Translations under genes and position numbers: made by a program
Part shown: piece after piece, positions 8,178 through 17,763 of the stretch
Layout: each line of letters begins with the position of its first letter
Numbering within the stretch: position 1 is the first letter of the stretch
NCBI GenBank assembly: GCA_045120635.1
Contig: JBGVEY010000042.1
Location: 7,773 to 71,772, forward strand
From: Candidatus Cryptobacteroides sp.
GTDB lineage: Bacteria; Bacteroidota; Bacteroidia; Bacteroidales; UBA932
Direction of reading: 5' to 3'
DNA length: 64,000 bases
The notes under the pieces: generated by a model
Told to the model about the DNA's origin: nothing
The model's input: only the letters and a program-made list of their open reading frames with translations
The model's database searches: none

Positions 8178-9806
8178 CTATTTCAATGGTGGCAATCCCA
8201 ATTCTGATAAGAATGCGTTATGCTCATCTCTAGCCTTAATGATATCCTTCTCAATTTCTTCAAGCCTCTTATGTACTTCTGCCAAATCAATCTTTTCTTC
8301 ATCTTTAGACAGATTTACATATCGGGTAATATTCAGGTTGTACCCGTTTTCCTTGATTTCACTCAAGGAAACTTCTCGAGAATATCTGCTTGTAGTTTGA
8401 CGACTTTTATAGGCATCAACTATATCAGTCACATCATCCGGACGCAAATAGTTCTGACGTTTACCTTTCTCATAATGCTCTTCCGAACTTGCATTGATGA
8501 AAAGAATCTTATCGTTCTTACGGCATTTTTTCAATACAATAATGCAGACAGGGATACCGGTTGAATAAAATAGATTTGCAGGAAGGCCGATAATAGCATC
8601 TATATAGTCTTTCTTGATAAGTTCTTTTCTTATGACCTCTTCTTTACCTCCACGGAATAACACTCCATGAGGCAGAATGATAGCCATTGTACCATTCTCA
8701 TTAAGATAATTGAGTCCATGAAGAAGGAAAGCGAAATCAGCTGCAGACTTCGGTGCTAGCCCAAAACCGTTAAAACGGAAATCTTTAGCAGTTTCTTCTT
8801 TAGGATCCCAACGTAAACTGAACGGTGGATTTGCAACTATAGCATCAAAAGTAATCTTCTTAGCCGGATTCTCCTCGTTCAGAATATCCCAATCATTCAC
8901 TAGAGTATCACCATGATGAATCTCAAATTCAGTGTCTTTCACCCCATGAAGGAGCATATTCATTCGAGCCAAGTTATATGTGGTGATATTCTTTTCCTGA
9001 CCATATATCTTGCCAATCTCCTTACCCTTCATTTCATTCCGGACATTCAAAAGCAATGAACCAGATCCACAAGCAAAGTCCAAAACTTTATCAATTCTGT
9101 TCTTCTGCCCATGTTTTGGATCCTGACAGTCAAGGGTGACAATCTTCGAAAGGATTGATGACACCATCTGAGGAGTATAGAACTCACCAGCCTTTTGACC
9201 GGATCCAGCTGCAAACTGACCGATAAGATATTCATATGCATCTCCTAGGGTGTCACCGTTCGTTTCAATATTGGACAAGCCTCTGTCAAGAGTCATTATC
9301 ACTTTAGTCAAAAGTGCATTTCGTTCAGAATACTTCTTTCCTAATTTATCTGAATCCAGATTGATCTCAGAAAACAGTCCTTTGAATGAACTTTCAAAAG
9401 ACTCATTCTCAATATACTTAAATCCAGATTGAAGTGCTTTCAACACATTGTCGTTTTGCGTACGAGCAAGCTCAACAATATTTTGCCATAAATAATCCGG
9501 AGCAATAACATAATGAATTTTGCGACGCATCTGTTGTTCAAACAGGAAAGCGTCATCCAGGTTATTACGATACCACAACTGAAGAGGAGTACTTAAATGC
9601 ATCGAATAAAGTTCTTCTTCTGTTACGCATGGATAATCTGACCCAAGCTCTTTCTTCGCAGCCCTTAGGTAGTTATCTGAGAGATACTTCCAAAACAGGA
9701 AAGAAAGCATATAATCACGGAAATCATCCGCCATCATTGCTCCTCTCAATTCATTTGCGATTCCCCATAGGGTCTTTCCTAATATATCTTGGTTACCACT
9801 TGTCAT
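8178..9806 (-). CDS. hsdM: Type I restriction-modification methyltransferase subunit (m6A)
   Basis: LWGIANELRG, GEFYTP, DFACGSGSLL (motif I), NPPF (motif IV), PHGVLFRG. Confidence 0.97.
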   Translation of the reverse strand: MTSGNQDILGKTLWGIANELRGAMMADDFRDYMLSFLFWKYLSDNYLRAAKKELGSDYPCVTEEELYSMHLSTPLQLWYRNNLDDAFLFEQQMRRKIHYVIAPDYLWQNIVELARTQNDNVLKALQSGFKYIENESFESSFKGLFSEINLDSDKLGKKYSERNALLTKVIMTLDRGLSNIETNGDTLGDAYEYLIGQFAAGSGQKAGEFYTPQMVSSILSKIVTLDCQDPKHGQKNRIDKVLDFACGSGSLLLNVRNEMKGKEIGKIYGQEKNITTYNLARMNMLLHGVKDTEFEIHHGDTLVNDWDILNEENPAKKITFDAIVANPPFSLRWDPKEETAKDFRFNGFGLAPKSAADFAFLLHGLNYLNENGTMAIILPHGVLFRGGKEEVIRKELIKKDYIDAIIGLPANLFYSTGIPVCIIVLKKCRKNDKILFINASSEEHYEKGKRQNYLRPDDVTDIVDAYKSRQTTSRYSREVSLSEIKENGYNLNITRYVNLSKDEEKIDLAEVHKRLEEIEKDIIKARDEHNAFLSELGLPPLK

Positions 9807-9809
9807 ATG

Positions 9810-10919
9810 TTACAGATTAAAATTATATTTTATTATGAGGGCATCTAAAATTCTAATAAACAAATCTTTATTGTCACCAGTGAGTTTAGCATTTTGAGAA
9901 TCATATACACGTTTATGCGTATTCGCATTTATTTTATCCGCAGTATCACTAGGTTCACCCAATAAATGTAGAACCTTACCAAATCGTCCCTCACCTATGA
10001 ATGAAGCGATAATTTCCAAGACTTGCCTTAGTAGTCCAAAGTGATATAAATATAATTCATCATTATCTGCTGCTTGTTGCAGTTTCTGAAGTATCAGTAA
10101 ATGGTAAAGCCATGCTCCACTGTTCCTACTCCTTAATTGATAACCGCCCTCATTTTCAAGAATTTTTATAGAATATCGATTAATTATGTCATCAGTCTCC
10201 TTGATGATAATCCCTTCTTCAGTCTTTGTTTGAGTCCGGCTAGTTTTCTTAATCTTATATCGAGAGGCATTATCACCTTTAGAAAGCCAATCACACAGTA
10301 TTGAGAATAAGCCAATATGGTGAGTAGAAATAATTATCTTTTTATTTTCTGCAATAACTTTGTCAAATAATTCAAAAATTGTCCTGGATGTCAAGAAAAT
10401 ATTTGTCTCATCTAGACTAGAAACCGGATCATCAATAAATATGTAATCTTTGTGCGCTTCTGGAAAATCTTCGATTTCAAATAATGCCAAAAAGAAACAC
10501 CATATAAATATTCGCTCCTCTCCTCTTGATATTTTTATACGAGTATCTTTATCTTCTTCGTTAAAGAACCAGACATACTCTATTCCGTCCTCTTGATTAT
10601 CATTCAAATACTTAAATCTGAAATCATATTTGGGCTGATATATCTTTAATTTCTCTTTAACAGCAGATTCATCCCCTAAATATTGGTGCAATTTTGATAA
10701 TCTACTAGCAGTGATTTCCAATCTATATTTATCATTATTCCATATAAATAAGTCTTCACTATAAGCGTTGTAAAACACCCCAGTATATTCATCTCCTTGC
10801 TTTGATATATGGTGAAACTCTTTTGACAACCAAGTTTTACCAGTTCCGTTAAAAGCATAAATAAGTATGATATTTTCTGTTGCACTTTGAATCTGCTGTG
10901 CTATTCTAGTGATTGACAT
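9810..10919 (-). CDS. prrC: PrrC-family anticodon nuclease (ABC ATPase plus HEPN RNase)
   Basis: LIYAFNGTGKT Walker A, KISRGEERIFIWCFF PrrC box, YIFIDDPVSSLD Walker B, ISTHH H-loop, HEPN-type YHFGLLRQVLE...NTH; embedded among hsd genes. Confidence 0.88.
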   Translation of the reverse strand: MSITRIAQQIQSATENIILIYAFNGTGKTWLSKEFHHISKQGDEYTGVFYNAYSEDLFIWNNDKYRLEITASRLSKLHQYLGDESAVKEKLKIYQPKYDFRFKYLNDNQEDGIEYVWFFNEEDKDTRIKISRGEERIFIWCFFLALFEIEDFPEAHKDYIFIDDPVSSLDETNIFLTSRTIFELFDKVIAENKKIIISTHHIGLFSILCDWLSKGDNASRYKIKKTSRTQTKTEEGIIIKETDDIINRYSIKILENEGGYQLRSRNSGAWLYHLLILQKLQQAADNDELYLYHFGLLRQVLEIIASFIGEGRFGKVLHLLGEPSDTADKINANTHKRVYDSQNAKLTGDNKDLFIRILDALIIKYNFNL

Positions 10920-10925
10920 AATTAA

Positions 10926-12131
10926 TTATAATTTTGGAAATATTCGTTGCATTAGGCCATGTTTATAATCATTCAATATTACAATCTTATGTTCAATTGA
11001 TTTTAATAAATTATCTAATTGCGTTATCGTTTCCGCTATCTTATTTTGTTCTTCTAATGAGCCAGGAATAGGTATTTCAAGATTTTGATATGTGGAAATA
11101 TAATACCTTTTATGTTCTTTCTCTTCAAAAACAATATTGTTCATGCTTTCAAAAACAAACCTCAAATTATCTTTACTTTCATCTTTGAGCTTAAGTAACT
11201 TTATTGCAGAGGATTTCACCTTAAATGGAAATTCTACAAACTTTTTGTCAGTAGTGAAATCATCAAATATTATCACCGGTAAGTTATTATATATGTTAGA
11301 TGTCTCACTAGTATATCCTAATATAAAGCCTTTATTTGCAGTCAACACTGGAATGCCCTTTTTCTTATATCCTGTATCTTCTACAATGTATTGTGTAGGT
11401 TGTTCATAATATAATATATCTGAGAGAGGACGTATAGCCCATTCTCTGTTATCATAGAATTCAGGAAAACTGAATTTTGGAGTGGTCTTCCCCTTTGCTG
11501 GGAAAAGACGCTGCATCAAGCCTTTTTTATGCTCTTTTAACTGATCGACTTTTTGCTTAGTAATATTTATATACTCTTCCAAAGATGACAAACAATCAGC
11601 AATTTTCTGTTGTTCTTTAATTGAGACCTTACCTTCTGAGTCACACGGCAAATAGATTGGAAGGTTATTGATTATGTTTGCAGACAAGTTACCCTGACCA
11701 CCTTGTAAATATTTGCCTAATATATACTGTTTGTTATGTTTCAGATAGTGGTAAATGTACCTACTGTTATACTCCTGGCTTTTAGGTATGATAGCCAAAA
11801 TGGCCTGATTAATTGCTCCGGAAATCTTTGATATAGCAACTTCGCCACTTGTAGCTCCATACATTGCATATAAAACAGTTCCTTTATCAACAATTTTTGC
11901 GGAAGAATTTGACAAGCCGGACTCTGTTATGAATAGTTCTGTTTTATCGTTTGAAATTTCACCGGAACGAATAAATGGTATATCTCCTCCATAGTATTCT
12001 CTATTCCCCACAGCTGGAGTTCCACCAGAAAATGTATCTGCAACTGTTCCAATGGTTTCAGAAATCCATTCCCCATCACTCTTAAATTCCGGGAAACGAA
12101 GTTCTGGTATATATTTCTTCTCTTGAGCCAT
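10926..12131 (-). CDS. hsdS: Type I restriction-modification specificity subunit
   Basis: PELRFPEF...W, two TRDs each followed by EQxKIA...K(K/H)GLMQR(L/I)FP conserved helices (type IC-like). Confidence 0.96.
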   Translation of the reverse strand: MAQEKKYIPELRFPEFKSDGEWISETIGTVADTFSGGTPAVGNREYYGGDIPFIRSGEISNDKTELFITESGLSNSSAKIVDKGTVLYAMYGATSGEVAISKISGAINQAILAIIPKSQEYNSRYIYHYLKHNKQYILGKYLQGGQGNLSANIINNLPIYLPCDSEGKVSIKEQQKIADCLSSLEEYINITKQKVDQLKEHKKGLMQRLFPAKGKTTPKFSFPEFYDNREWAIRPLSDILYYEQPTQYIVEDTGYKKKGIPVLTANKGFILGYTSETSNIYNNLPVIIFDDFTTDKKFVEFPFKVKSSAIKLLKLKDESKDNLRFVFESMNNIVFEEKEHKRYYISTYQNLEIPIPGSLEEQNKIAETITQLDNLLKSIEHKIVILNDYKHGLMQRIFPKL

Positions 12132-12149
12132 ATCAAATTCGTTTGCACA

Positions 12150-15140
12150 TTATTCTTCATCATATGCAGAAAGTCCGGAGATCTTCTGCCCTCCTGTCAT
12201 ACGCTTCAGAAGAGGGACTAAGTCTGTCATAATTGCTGTCTCCTTCCGAGTGCGATCCTTCCAGCCCAACTCCAAAGGTGCAATGAGTTCACTAAGTTTC
12301 TCACCATCAAAAATCTTTCGTTCAACAATGCCATTCACGAACTCTTGCAATGCCGAAACACTCAAGGAGTGACTCTCTGCAATGGCTATAAGTTCTTTAG
12401 CAAACTTTTCTGTTTTGAAAACTTGATAACCATCTTTTATCTCTTGTTCTGTCTTACCATTTACCCCATCAAGACTCTCGATATAAGCGATTATATCATC
12501 TCTCTCTTCAATGAGATTAGCATTGGAACTTACAAGGCTAATGAGATCTTCTTTAGTAATTCTGACCTTATATGGAGTACTTGCGTAGCGAGCAATCAGC
12601 TCCATAATGTAGTCATAGTCTATCATTGCAGACGCAAAGAGTACGAATTCAAAATCCAACTCATCTATTTCCGCTGAGGTATCATTGGACTTTTTATCCC
12701 TTCTTTTCTTAAGACTATTAGCAAGGTCCAGATAAGCACCTCTGAACGCTCTGAGGTCATCATCAGTAAAACCATAGCCACTTACAGGCTCAGATAAGAC
12801 AGGAGAGTCACCCGAAGTATATTCCATCAAATCAGTGTACTGACTGAGCTGCGTCCAGAACCGCTGCACCTCTTTGAAACAATTTATAAAGCCTGCCTTA
12901 GCAGCATCTCCTTTAAGATTAGCAACCTCAGAAGCCTTGAATTCCAAATTATTATCACTCATAAAATCTTTCAATTTGGATATAGCCTCTTTATATTTAG
13001 TCATAATGACAGAAGCTGGCTCAACAAGCCATATCTGACGTGCGGACTCGCCTTTTTCTCCCGAGAAAAGACTTATCGCAGCATCAACAGATGACTGCTG
13101 TCCTCTAAAGTCAAGGATGTTTCCATATGGCTTTGTATCATTAAGGATACGGTTTGTACGCGAGAACGCTTGAATCAGATGATGATGCTTCAAGTTCTTA
13201 TCAACGTATAGAGTATTAAGACACTTAGAGTCAAATCCAGTCAATAACATGTCGACTACGATAACAATGTCGATCTTATTCTTATGTGGATAGTCTTTAT
13301 TCGTATATTTCTGGTTCTTTATACGTTGCTGGATATCCTGATAATATATATCAAACTCCATCACAGTATGATTGGTTCCATACTGCCCGTTATAATCCTT
13401 AATTATCTTCTCTAAAGCCATCCGTTTCTTGTCTGGCTCAACCTCGTTGTCCATGCGTTCCTGTTCAAGGTCCTCTTGAATCTGCATGATATCTCTATTA
13501 CCATAGGCAGGTGGAGAGAATACACAAGCAACGTTCAGAGGAACATATTCATCACTTTGAGATTTATATCTTTCCTGAAGTTCCTGAAGTATCTTATAAT
13601 ATTCAATTGCATCATTGATTGATGACGTTGCAAACAATGCATTGAATCTGTTGTCACTTGTTGCCGCACGGTGTTTCTTTAAGATTGCCTCCGCAATCGC
13701 ATGCTTCCGCATATCTTCTCCAAACGACGCATATAAATCATCTGGCTTATAATAGTCTATATGAAACCTCAGGACGTTCTTGTCCTCAATTGCATTTGTG
13801 ATTGTGTAAGTGTGCAATTCATGCTGGAAAACATCCTTTGTCGTTTTATACTGTGCTTCTTCTCCCGTGATTTGGGTGTATGTCGCATTCTCGTCAAAAA
13901 TAGGTGTTCCAGTAAATCCAAACAACTGGGCTTTAGGGAAGAACTCCTTGATAGCTTTATGGTTTTCACCAAACTGCGAACGGTGGCACTCATCAAAGAT
14001 AAACACCATACGTTTGTTCTTGAGTGGCAGCAACCGCTCTTGATAATTATTGCGGTTGTGTGGATCTAATGCGATACCCAGCTTCTGGATAGTCGTGACT
14101 ATTATCTTATCAGAATAGTCATCAGATAGCATTCGGCGGACCAACGAGTCTGTGTTTGTATTCTCTTCTACACAGCCATCCTGAAATTTGTTGAATTCCT
14201 CTCTTGTCTGCTTATCGAGGTCCTTCCTATCTACGACAAAGAGACATTTCTCAATATCTGGATTCTCTTTAAGGAGGGTTGAAGCTTTGAATGACGTTAA
14301 TGTCTTACCACTACCTGTTGTATGCCATATATATCCGTTTCCTCTATTCTCTTCAATACAACTCATTATGGCATTGACAGCATAAATCTGATATGGACGC
14401 ATTATCAGCATCTTCTGCTCATTGGCGACCAATACCATATATCTGCTTATCATCTTTCCCAGTTTGCACTTTGCCAGAAAGGCATCTGAGAAATCATCCA
14501 GATTGGTAATCTTCTTATTGTTCTCATCAGCCCACTGATACACAGGCAGGAATTGCTCATCAGCATTGAAGTTAAAATGCTGATTGTTATTATTTGCAAA
14601 ATAATATGTTATACTCTGATTGCTGACTATGAACATCTGAATGAAGCAAAGCAGGGAGTTGGTATATCCATTTCCAATATCATTCTTGTAATCAACAATC
14701 TGCTGCATTGCCCTTCGTGGGCTTACCTCCAGAGCCTTTAGCTCTATTTGAACAACCGGTATTCCATTTATCAGAATAATCACATCATAACGCTGAAAGC
14801 TGTTACGCGTATTCATTCTGAGTTGATTCACCACCTCGTAATCGTTTTTGCACCACTCCTTGATATTTACCAACGTATATTGCAAAGGAGTTCCATCTTC
14901 ACGAATAAAGGTATTACGCTCTCTCAATCTTTTAGACGAGAGAAACACATCCGAATCTGTAATATCCTCGAGCAGACGATTAAACTCAGAATCCGTCAAA
15001 TGCACTCTATTGAGACGTTCGAACTTCTCGCGAAAGTTCTGCTCCAAAGTCGCTCGATTATTAATATCTGGCCGATATGAGTATTTCAGATCTTTCAGTT
15101 TCTGAATGAAAATATCCTCTATTTGTCTCTCTCGTATCAT
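12150..15140 (-). CDS. hsdR: Type I restriction endonuclease subunit R
   Basis: RYDVIILINGIPVVQIELK nuclease motif, HTTGSGKT, DECHRSQ, GFTGTP, MLLTGFD, QAFSRTNR. Confidence 0.97.
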   Translation of the reverse strand: MIRERQIEDIFIQKLKDLKYSYRPDINNRATLEQNFREKFERLNRVHLTDSEFNRLLEDITDSDVFLSSKRLRERNTFIREDGTPLQYTLVNIKEWCKNDYEVVNQLRMNTRNSFQRYDVIILINGIPVVQIELKALEVSPRRAMQQIVDYKNDIGNGYTNSLLCFIQMFIVSNQSITYYFANNNNQHFNFNADEQFLPVYQWADENNKKITNLDDFSDAFLAKCKLGKMISRYMVLVANEQKMLIMRPYQIYAVNAIMSCIEENRGNGYIWHTTGSGKTLTSFKASTLLKENPDIEKCLFVVDRKDLDKQTREEFNKFQDGCVEENTNTDSLVRRMLSDDYSDKIIVTTIQKLGIALDPHNRNNYQERLLPLKNKRMVFIFDECHRSQFGENHKAIKEFFPKAQLFGFTGTPIFDENATYTQITGEEAQYKTTKDVFQHELHTYTITNAIEDKNVLRFHIDYYKPDDLYASFGEDMRKHAIAEAILKKHRAATSDNRFNALFATSSINDAIEYYKILQELQERYKSQSDEYVPLNVACVFSPPAYGNRDIMQIQEDLEQERMDNEVEPDKKRMALEKIIKDYNGQYGTNHTVMEFDIYYQDIQQRIKNQKYTNKDYPHKNKIDIVIVVDMLLTGFDSKCLNTLYVDKNLKHHHLIQAFSRTNRILNDTKPYGNILDFRGQQSSVDAAISLFSGEKGESARQIWLVEPASVIMTKYKEAISKLKDFMSDNNLEFKASEVANLKGDAAKAGFINCFKEVQRFWTQLSQYTDLMEYTSGDSPVLSEPVSGYGFTDDDLRAFRGAYLDLANSLKKRRDKKSNDTSAEIDELDFEFVLFASAMIDYDYIMELIARYASTPYKVRITKEDLISLVSSNANLIEERDDIIAYIESLDGVNGKTEQEIKDGYQVFKTEKFAKELIAIAESHSLSVSALQEFVNGIVERKIFDGEKLSELIAPLELGWKDRTRKETAIMTDLVPLLKRMTGGQKISGLSAYDEE

Positions 15141-15176
15141 ATAATTGTCGTTTTAGACATTAAATACAGCAACTTA

Positions 15177-15184
15177 CAAAGATA
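15177..15184 (-). promoter_or_regulatory. Putative -7 promoter box for the hsdR operon
   Basis: TATCTTTG on the minus strand, ending 36 nt upstream of the hsdR ATG. Confidence 0.55.
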
Positions 15185-15214
15185 AAAATAAATATGAAGA
15201 TTTAAGTAATACAA

Positions 15215-16672
15215 CTAGTATAGATACTGTTCTAATTCTGAAATTTTACTCAACAGAACATCCAAAGATATATGCTCAAGCACATTTTCATGAACATATG
15301 GTTCCTTTATTAATTCCAGAATCTCACCATCGTCTGATAACTTTAATTCGCACCCTCTTGAAGTACCTAACCTATACTTCAAATCATAATCTAGGACAGG
15401 TTGCAGTCCTGAAATTAAGGGTATCATCAGAATGCCACACAGCTCAACTATATGATTTTCCTCATAATACGGTCTAGGTAATTTTGCCACCTTATCTAGA
15501 ATATTACTTCCGCTTAATGAAAACGCTTTACATATCGCCAGAAAAGCCATAAGAGGTTTATTTGTATCAACATACAATTTATCCAAGGCTTCTGTTGCCT
15601 TTTCTGCTAATCCGGTGAAAGCCAAATGATCTTTCTTAACATCAACGCTAAGTTTGACTACTTTATATTGCTTCGAAGCAAATCTTATTCGTTCCTTTAT
15701 ATTTCTGATATTCTCAAGAAGGACATTAGCGGTCGTCCGCGTATTTGCTACTATAGACTCCGCTAGTACATTTGACACCACAGGATCTTTTACATATTCA
15801 TCAATCAAACAACCAATATGCTTTGCTATCTTATCCCTGATAGAATACTTAAATGGGCGAACAGCAGAAAACTTACTTATATACCCTTTGAAATCTGTTT
15901 TCTCGCCATACAAGTGATGATAAATCTTTTCGATATTAGCATAGTCGCACAGCAACAGTACTTTGTCAAAATTGAACTTATTTTTAGTACCATCATCATA
16001 TCCATTAATGTATGTCATATGAGCAGACAACACATTTAATATTCTGAATATCTGTCCAGGATCAATCCTATCTAAATCTTCAACCACCAATACCATCTTC
16101 CTGCCGCTTTCCTGCCTAGTCTGAACAAGCGAGCATATTAGATTAGTTACAGCATCCAGTTCATAAATGCCACCTTTCTCATTGTCAAATGACAGAAGAT
16201 ATTCCTTATATGGATTCCCATGAGTATCTGAATGTTTTTCACATGAATTCCAGATTTTCAATAAGGTACTTACTACTTTGCTCGGAGAAAATGTTAATCC
16301 TATACCGCACACAGACGCATTAATATCAGGAATACATTCTGCAACACTGTCTTTAGATTCGAGTATTGCCTTCTTTAAAATGCCCAACTTAGTCGCATCA
16401 AATCCATCGACAATGGTTTCATCCAAGGCAATCAATCCGAACAAAACATCTCTTTTGATATACTCTAATATGTCCCGATTATCGCAAATCTGATAATTAG
16501 TCGGATAAATCGTTATAAAGTCATATTCATCCACCTGAGACTTAATGAACTCATTAAGGAAATAACTCTTCCCTTCACCAAATGGTGCAGAAAGAATACA
16601 CCTGTTATTCTCACTAAAATAGCGTTTAAAGCCAGTTATTTCCTCATCAAGAGGTGCAAAGATATCTTCCAT
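15215..16672 (-). CDS. KAP-family P-loop NTPase (soluble)
   Basis: ILSAPFGEGKSYFL Walker A, VLVVEDLDRIDP Walker B, YISKF. Start MEDIF at 16672 lies downstream of a TATATTTG box (16686-16693). Confidence 0.82.
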   Translation of the reverse strand: MEDIFAPLDEEITGFKRYFSENNRCILSAPFGEGKSYFLNEFIKSQVDEYDFITIYPTNYQICDNRDILEYIKRDVLFGLIALDETIVDGFDATKLGILKKAILESKDSVAECIPDINASVCGIGLTFSPSKVVSTLLKIWNSCEKHSDTHGNPYKEYLLSFDNEKGGIYELDAVTNLICSLVQTRQESGRKMVLVVEDLDRIDPGQIFRILNVLSAHMTYINGYDDGTKNKFNFDKVLLLCDYANIEKIYHHLYGEKTDFKGYISKFSAVRPFKYSIRDKIAKHIGCLIDEYVKDPVVSNVLAESIVANTRTTANVLLENIRNIKERIRFASKQYKVVKLSVDVKKDHLAFTGLAEKATEALDKLYVDTNKPLMAFLAICKAFSLSGSNILDKVAKLPRPYYEENHIVELCGILMIPLISGLQPVLDYDLKYRLGTSRGCELKLSDDGEILELIKEPYVHENVLEHISLDVLLSKISELEQYLY

Positions 16673-16890
16673 AGTATATTTTTTACAAATATAACAACTA
16701 CTCGTGCCAAAATAAAGCACAATGTCAATATTTTGACCCTTCTTTTTATGAACACCCCCGTGTTCGTGACACGTACACACATCTTGCAATCTGGACTAAC
16801 GCTCAGATGAAACCGCTGCTGGAAAGTCTGTTTTGAAGTCTTGAAAAATGGCTGTTTTCCGGAGCATTTTTGACCTAAAAAGCGGTAAAA

Positions 16891-16922
16891 TTTGGCAGGA
16901 GGAAGTGCCATAAATAACTTTG
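16891..16922 (+). promoter_or_regulatory. Sigma-A promoter of the RHH gene
   Basis: TTTG (16891-16894), 20-nt spacer, TAACTTTG (16915-16922). Confidence 0.7.
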
Positions 16923-16935
16923 TAAACACACGAAT

Positions 16936-16999
16936 AGGTTAGCACACATACACGTCAGCATATTAACATATTCACACATTAGCATATTAACGTATTAAC
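16936..16999 (+). repeat. Eight tandem degenerate 8-bp repeats (operator/centromere-like)
   Basis: AGGTTAGC ACACATAC ACGTCAGC ATATTAAC ATATTCAC ACATTAGC ATATTAAC GTATTAAC. Confidence 0.7.
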
Positions 17000-17016
17000 A
17001 CAAAACAAATTTACAC

Positions 17017-17310
17017 ATGGGGCAGTTAGAGGATTTTAGAGCATCGTTGAAGAAGAGGGATTCAGCGATGAGCAGTGAGAGAGAGATCCCGGTAAAGAGT
17101 ATCGCAAAGGAGAAACAGGAGAAGATGAAAAGAAGGACGCTCGGGGTGTCCGGAGAACTTCATCTTGAGTTGAAGGCGCTCAGTGTCTGGAGGATCAAAA
17201 GTCATCCGAAGGCAAGTCCTGGGATTACCGATACGATTCAGGAGATGATGAGGGTATATTACAAGAAATATCCGGAGGCGAAGGAGTTCGTCGATAAATT
17301 CTGCGAGTGA
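17017..17310 (+). CDS. Small putative ribbon-helix-helix DNA-binding protein
   Basis: Charged flexible N-terminus, then RRTLGVS (strand), GELHLELKALS (helix A), ITDTIQEMMRVYYKK (helix B); has its own promoter. Confidence 0.6.
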   Translation: MGQLEDFRASLKKRDSAMSSEREIPVKSIAKEKQEKMKRRTLGVSGELHLELKALSVWRIKSHPKASPGITDTIQEMMRVYYKKYPEAKEFVDKFCE

Positions 17311-17313
17311 GGG

Positions 17314-17334
17314 ATGCCCGATCGGGTCGGGCAT
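17314..17334. repeat. REP-like palindrome just after the RHH stop
   Basis: ATGCCCGA-TCGGG-TCGGGCAT followed by GAC. Confidence 0.55.
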
Positions 17335-17339
17335 GACGG

Positions 17340-17763
17340 AAAGGAGGGCGGACATCCCGAGTGGATCATTTTTGCTTTTCACCTCCTTGCTGAACGAAAG
17401 CACTGGCGACGATTTCCTGCAGGACCTCCGATATTGCACAGCCTTTCCTTGTGCGACGACGATGAATCGGTCTCCCGACGGGGCCGATTCCTCTTTCATC
17501 TCTTCCTCCATTCCTGTTCCATCGTTCCTTTTTCCTATTCCCTGTTCCCTTTCCTGCAATGAGGGCTCAGTGAGTACTCCGTGAGTCTTGTTATATTCGT
17601 CGATCACTTGAAGTACCACCGGCAGAGGGATGTTGATGCGGATCGATTTGCGGTTGATCTTCTGATGAATGAGGAACTTCCGGATTACAAGGTAGTCCGT
17701 GCCATTGCCCTATTTCCTGTAAGTTACACGCTGCGTGTTCTCGTTCGCCAGTTCCAATGCCAT
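17340..17763 (-). pseudogene. Hypothetical gene interrupted by in-frame TAG at codon 18 (3' end uncertain)
   Basis: ATG 17763 MALELANENTQRVTYRK*GNGTDYLVIRKF... is in frame with ORF 17062..17619; TATATTTG box at 17773-17780. Confidence 0.4.

Noticed and set aside
10926-12131. Possible phase-variable hsdS shufflon
   Set aside because: Only one hsdS; no silent TRD cassettes or invertase seen. Internal similarity is the normal conserved-region duplication.
16936-16999. Repeat array as a CRISPR candidate
   Set aside because: Contiguous 8-bp units with no spacers and no cas genes.
17062-17339. 3' part of the 185-aa minus ORF overlapping the RHH gene
   Set aside because: Antisense to a gene with its own promoter and runs through a REP-like palindrome; likely fortuitous.
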